64,000 nucleotides of DNA from Actinomycetota bacterium. GTDB taxonomy: Bacteria; Actinomycetota; Geothermincolia; Fen-727; Anoxymicrobiaceae. The translations under genes and the position numbers were made by a program. Positions 60,857-64,000 of this stretch are shown here, piece after piece. The notes beneath the pieces were generated by a model that saw only the letters and a list, made by a program, of their open reading frames with translations, had not been told where the DNA came from and made no database searches. The stretch is taken from contig JAZDFZ010000079.1 in NCBI GenBank assembly GCA_043807425.1, positions 4,301 to 68,300 of the forward strand. The letters are read 5' to 3'. Each line of letters opens with the position of its first letter. Within the stretch, counting starts at the first letter, position 1.

Positions 60857-61720
60857 ATGCACATCGATGGTAGCACGCGGCTGGTGGGGTTGATCGGCAA
60901 CCCGGTAGAGCACAGCCTCTCGCCGACCATCCACAACGCGGCGTTCGATTATCTCGGGATCAACTGGTGCTACGTGCCGCTACCCGTCGAGGAAGGCCGC
61001 CTCCTCGAGGCCGTCGAAGGCGTCAAAGCACTGCGCTTCTCCGGCGTGAACGTGACCATGCCCTTCAAGACCGAGGTGCTGGGGCTGCTGGACGAGGTCG
61101 CGATGTTCGCCGAGTCCGTAGGCGCGGTGAACACCATCCTGGTCGACAAGGGGAGGCTCATCGGCTACAACACCGACGGGCGCGGCTTCTACACCGCCCT
61201 GATCCGTGACCTGGACTACCAGGTCAAGGACAAACGGGTGCTGGTGCTCGGCGCCGGAGGCGCGTCGCGGAGCGTCACCGTCTCGCTGGCGCTGGCCGGC
61301 TGTACTTCGATCATGATAGTCAACAGGTCGCCCGAGCGCAGCAGACAGCTCGCCGATATAATCCTGAAGAGCGTGCCCGAGGTCGAGGTCAACTGGTTGT
61401 CGCCGGACGACAACTACGACATCGTGGTCGCGGAGTCGGACATCATCATAAACGCGACGCCACTCACGACCTTCAACGGCGCACTGCGGGTGCCGGTTTC
61501 GCTGCTCAACAAGAACCAGCTGGTCTGCGACCTGAACTACTCGCTGTACCAGCCGCCACTCCTGCAGGAAGCGGAGGCGCGGGGGGCAAGGGTCATGGAC
61601 GGCAAGGGCATGCTGCTCTACCAGGCCGCCGCCGCCTTCGAGATCTGGACAGGCCTGGACGCGCCGGTCGAGGTCATGCGCGTGGCACTGCTGAAGGCCC
61701 TGGAGCAGGCCCACATCTAG
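60857..61720 (+). CDS. aroE: Shikimate dehydrogenase
   Basis: LVGLIGNPVEHSLSPTIHNAAF, NVTMPFK, NTDG and the LGAGGASRSV NADP site. Confidence 0.94.
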   Translation: MHIDGSTRLVGLIGNPVEHSLSPTIHNAAFDYLGINWCYVPLPVEEGRLLEAVEGVKALRFSGVNVTMPFKTEVLGLLDEVAMFAESVGAVNTILVDKGRLIGYNTDGRGFYTALIRDLDYQVKDKRVLVLGAGGASRSVTVSLALAGCTSIMIVNRSPERSRQLADIILKSVPEVEVNWLSPDDNYDIVVAESDIIINATPLTTFNGALRVPVSLLNKNQLVCDLNYSLYQPPLLQEAEARGARVMDGKGMLLYQAAAAFEIWTGLDAPVEVMRVALLKALEQAHI

Positions 61721-61782
61721 TTGGACTTGGAGCATAGTTAGATCGATGTGTCCCGTGGATGGGACCACACGAGGGACGAGGG

Positions 61783-63468
61783 ATGGAACGACCGAGACAG
61801 GACCGCCTGGGAAGGCTCCTTCTGCAGAGTAACCTCATATCCGAGGAACAGCTTACAGAGGCGCTGGACGAGCACGGCTCGTCGGGCAAGTCCCTCGGCC
61901 GCGTACTGATCGACAAGGGGATGATAACCGAGGGCCAGCTGACATCCGTTCTCGCCGAGCAGATCGGCATCCGCTACACGGACCTCTCGACCCACCCCAT
62001 CGACCCGGGCGCGGCGACTCTCATCGACGCCAACCTTGCCAAGCGCTACACGGTGGTCCCAATCGACTTCGAGGACAACAAGCTGGTCGTAGCCATGGCG
62101 GACCCCACCAACGTATTCGCCCTGGACGACCTGCGCATCATGACCGGCATGGAGATCCTCCCGGTGGTGAGCACCAAGGACGACATCAACGCAACCATCG
62201 GCAGGTACCTGCACAGCACCGCCGACATGGAGGGCGCCCTCGACGACCTCCCGATGCTGGAGGAGCTCGAGGAGACGGAGGACGAGCTGGTGGAGGCGGC
62301 TGAAGAGGCCCCCATCGTCAAGTACGTCAACCTGATCATCAACGAGGCTGTCGGAGAGAACGCCAGCAACGTGCACATCGAGCCCGCCGAGAAGGACGTG
62401 CGGATCCGCTACCGGGTCGATGGCGTCCTCCACGAGATAAGGCGCTCTCCCAAGCGAATACACCCGGGCATCGTCTCCAGGGTCAAGATCCTGGCGAACC
62501 TGAACATCGCCGAGAGGCGCGTACCGCAGGACGGCCGCTTCGCCATGGACGCCAACGGCCGGTTGGTCGACATCCGCGTCGCGACGGTCCCCACGATCCA
62601 CGGCGAGAAGATCGTGCTGCGCATCCTGGACCGCATGCAGATCCTGATATCCCTTACCGACCTCGGCATGCTCGAGGGGCCGCTCAAGCTATTCAGCAAT
62701 TCGTTCAAGAAACCGTACGGCACGGTCGTTGTCACGGGACCCACCGGCTCGGGCAAGACCACCACCATGTATGCCGCACTGAGCGAGCTCAACAAGCGCG
62801 AGGTGAACGTTATCACTGTCGAGGACCCGGTGGAGTACCAGGTCAAGGGGCTCAACCAGGTCCACGTCAACACCAAGGTGGGCCTGACCTTCGCGGCGAC
62901 GTTGAGATCCATCCTTCGCTGCGACCCCGACATCGTGATGATCGGCGAGATCCGTGACGCCGAGAGCGCCAAGATGGCCATCGAGTCGGCGCTCACCGGC
63001 CACATGGTCCTCTGCACCCTCCACACAAACGACGCGCCGAGCGCTATAACGCGTATGGTCGAGATGGGGGTCGAGCCGTTCCTCATCGCCTCCGCGGTGG
63101 ACAGCGTGGTCAGCCAACGGCTGGCCCGAAGGCTCTGCACCCGATGCAGGAATGTGGCGGAGTACGACACGGAGTACCTGGAGAAGATCGGGTGCTCCAT
63201 CGAGGAAGGTGAGGAGGTCACGTTCTACAAGGCGGATCCCAAGGGTTGCGCTTTCTGCAACAACACGGGGTTCCGGGGGCGGATCGGCATATACGAGGTC
63301 TTCACCATGGACGAGGAGATAGAGCGCATGCTGGTCAAGCTCGCCACCTCCCGCGAACTGGGGGTGGCCGCCGAGCAGAGGGGGATGGTCCGTCTGAGGC
63401 AGGACGGCTTCACAAAGGTGAAGCAGGGCATCACCTCTATCGAAGAGATCCTGCGTGTTGTAATGTAG
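61783..63468 (+). CDS. pilB: Type IV pilus assembly ATPase PilB (GspE family)
   Basis: N-terminal MshEN/T2SSE_N domain (LGRLLLQSNLISEEQLTEAL), Walker A GPTGSGKTT, Asp box, Walker B IVMIGEIRD, His box and the tetracysteine CxxC...CxxC. The tracked ORF starts at 61759. Confidence 0.92.
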   Translation: MERPRQDRLGRLLLQSNLISEEQLTEALDEHGSSGKSLGRVLIDKGMITEGQLTSVLAEQIGIRYTDLSTHPIDPGAATLIDANLAKRYTVVPIDFEDNKLVVAMADPTNVFALDDLRIMTGMEILPVVSTKDDINATIGRYLHSTADMEGALDDLPMLEELEETEDELVEAAEEAPIVKYVNLIINEAVGENASNVHIEPAEKDVRIRYRVDGVLHEIRRSPKRIHPGIVSRVKILANLNIAERRVPQDGRFAMDANGRLVDIRVATVPTIHGEKIVLRILDRMQILISLTDLGMLEGPLKLFSNSFKKPYGTVVVTGPTGSGKTTTMYAALSELNKREVNVITVEDPVEYQVKGLNQVHVNTKVGLTFAATLRSILRCDPDIVMIGEIRDAESAKMAIESALTGHMVLCTLHTNDAPSAITRMVEMGVEPFLIASAVDSVVSQRLARRLCTRCRNVAEYDTEYLEKIGCSIEEGEEVTFYKADPKGCAFCNNTGFRGRIGIYEVFTMDEEIERMLVKLATSRELGVAAEQRGMVRLRQDGFTKVKQGITSIEEILRVVM

Positions 63469-63508
63469 TGTGGTTCCTTTAAAACCTGGTCCTGCTGGGG
63501 GTGTGATC

Positions 63509-64000
63509 GTGACACAGAGCGGTTTGAAACTGGACATCAACGACCTCCTGGAGGAGGTAATAAAGAGGGGGGCCTCCGACCTGCACATAACGGTCGGTGT
63601 TCCGCCCGTCCTGCGCATCAACGGGGTCCTGCAGCGGATGGACCTGCCCAAGCTCACGAGCAACAACACTCGCGAGATGGTCTACAGCATCCTCACCGCC
63701 CGCCAGCGGGAGACGCTGGAGACCAACCTCGAGTTCGACCTCTCCTACTCGGTCCCCGGTAGCGCCCGCTTCCGGGTCAACGCCTACTTCCAGCGCAACA
63801 GCGTAGGAGCCGCCTTCCGGATCATCCCCTACCGCATCAAGACTATTGAGGAGCTCGGCCTGCCACTTGTCATCAAGGAGTTCGCGCGGCTGCCCCGGGG
63901 CTTCGTGCTGGTCACGGGTCCCACGGGTCAGGGCAAGTCCACGACGCTGGCGGCGATCATGGACCTCATCAACTCGACGCGCGAGGAGCATATCATCACG
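63509..64000 (+). CDS. pilT: Twitching-motility ATPase PilT (5' part, truncated by the window end)
   Basis: My translation from GTG 63509 gives VTQSGLKLDINDLLEEVIKRGASDLHITVGVPPVLRINGVL...ARFRVNAYFQRNSVGAAFRII...VLVTGPTGQGKSTTLAAIMDLIN. This is the canonical PilT N-domain and Walker A. The frame stays open to position 64000. Confidence 0.88.
   Translation, partial: MTQSGLKLDINDLLEEVIKRGASDLHITVGVPPVLRINGVLQRMDLPKLTSNNTREMVYSILTARQRETLETNLEFDLSYSVPGSARFRVNAYFQRNSVGAAFRIIPYRIKTIEELGLPLVIKEFARLPRGFVLVTGPTGQGKSTTLAAIMDLINSTREEHIIT

Overview
High-GC window (composition judged by eye, not computed). It carries about 65 protein-coding genes, and all but five are on the + strand. Gene content and order match the classical Actinomycetota core. 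The first stretch runs rnhB-yraN ... comM-dprA-xerC-whiG-rpsB-tsf-pyrH-frr-cdsA-dxr-rseP-ispG-proS. It is followed by the phosphatidylinositol/PIM genes, then pdxST-yebC-ruvCAB-(queH-queA-tgt)-yajC-secDF-rel-dtd-hisS-aspS-alaS-ruvX-mltG ... aroE. This is collinear with the Mycobacterium Rv2902c-to-Rv2552c regions (from memory, no search run). I recognised no rRNA, tRNA, CRISPR array, transposase or prophage.

Several accessory insertions interrupt the backbone:
- 1064-5700: a polytopic membrane protein, orphan FixCX and a VapBC toxin-antitoxin pair.
- 21745-23444: two opposite-strand genes inside the PI/PIM cluster.
- 24650-30873: an envelope and stress gene set.
- 52855-60830: an 8-kb block wedged between mltG and aroE, directly upstream of the type IV pilus ATPases pilB/pilT. 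This is the most interesting locus.

The 8-kb block encodes a V4R-domain protein translationally coupled to a cytoplasmic group-3-like [NiFe]-hydrogenase small/large subunit pair, then a 2x[4Fe-4S] ferredoxin. The large subunit has Gln in place of the proton-gate Glu of the RIEGH motif and has no C-terminal maturation extension. A near-perfect 86-bp tandem duplication with hairpin potential follows. After it come two Roadblock/LC7 proteins, a 1071-aa DUF4388 protein with a roughly 800-aa hyper-acidic tail, and a COG2229/CvnD/MglA-like small GTPase with no NKxD motif. I propose, as inference only, a hydrogenase-like redox/H2 input wired to a Ras-like GTPase switch next to the pilus motors.

Secondary observations:
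- Three families of short repeated elements in the few non-coding spacers.
- A 166-nt element bounded by inverted repeats between whiG and rpsB.
- A dtd gene with no in-frame canonical start codon.
- Oppositely charged disordered tails on YajC and SecF.
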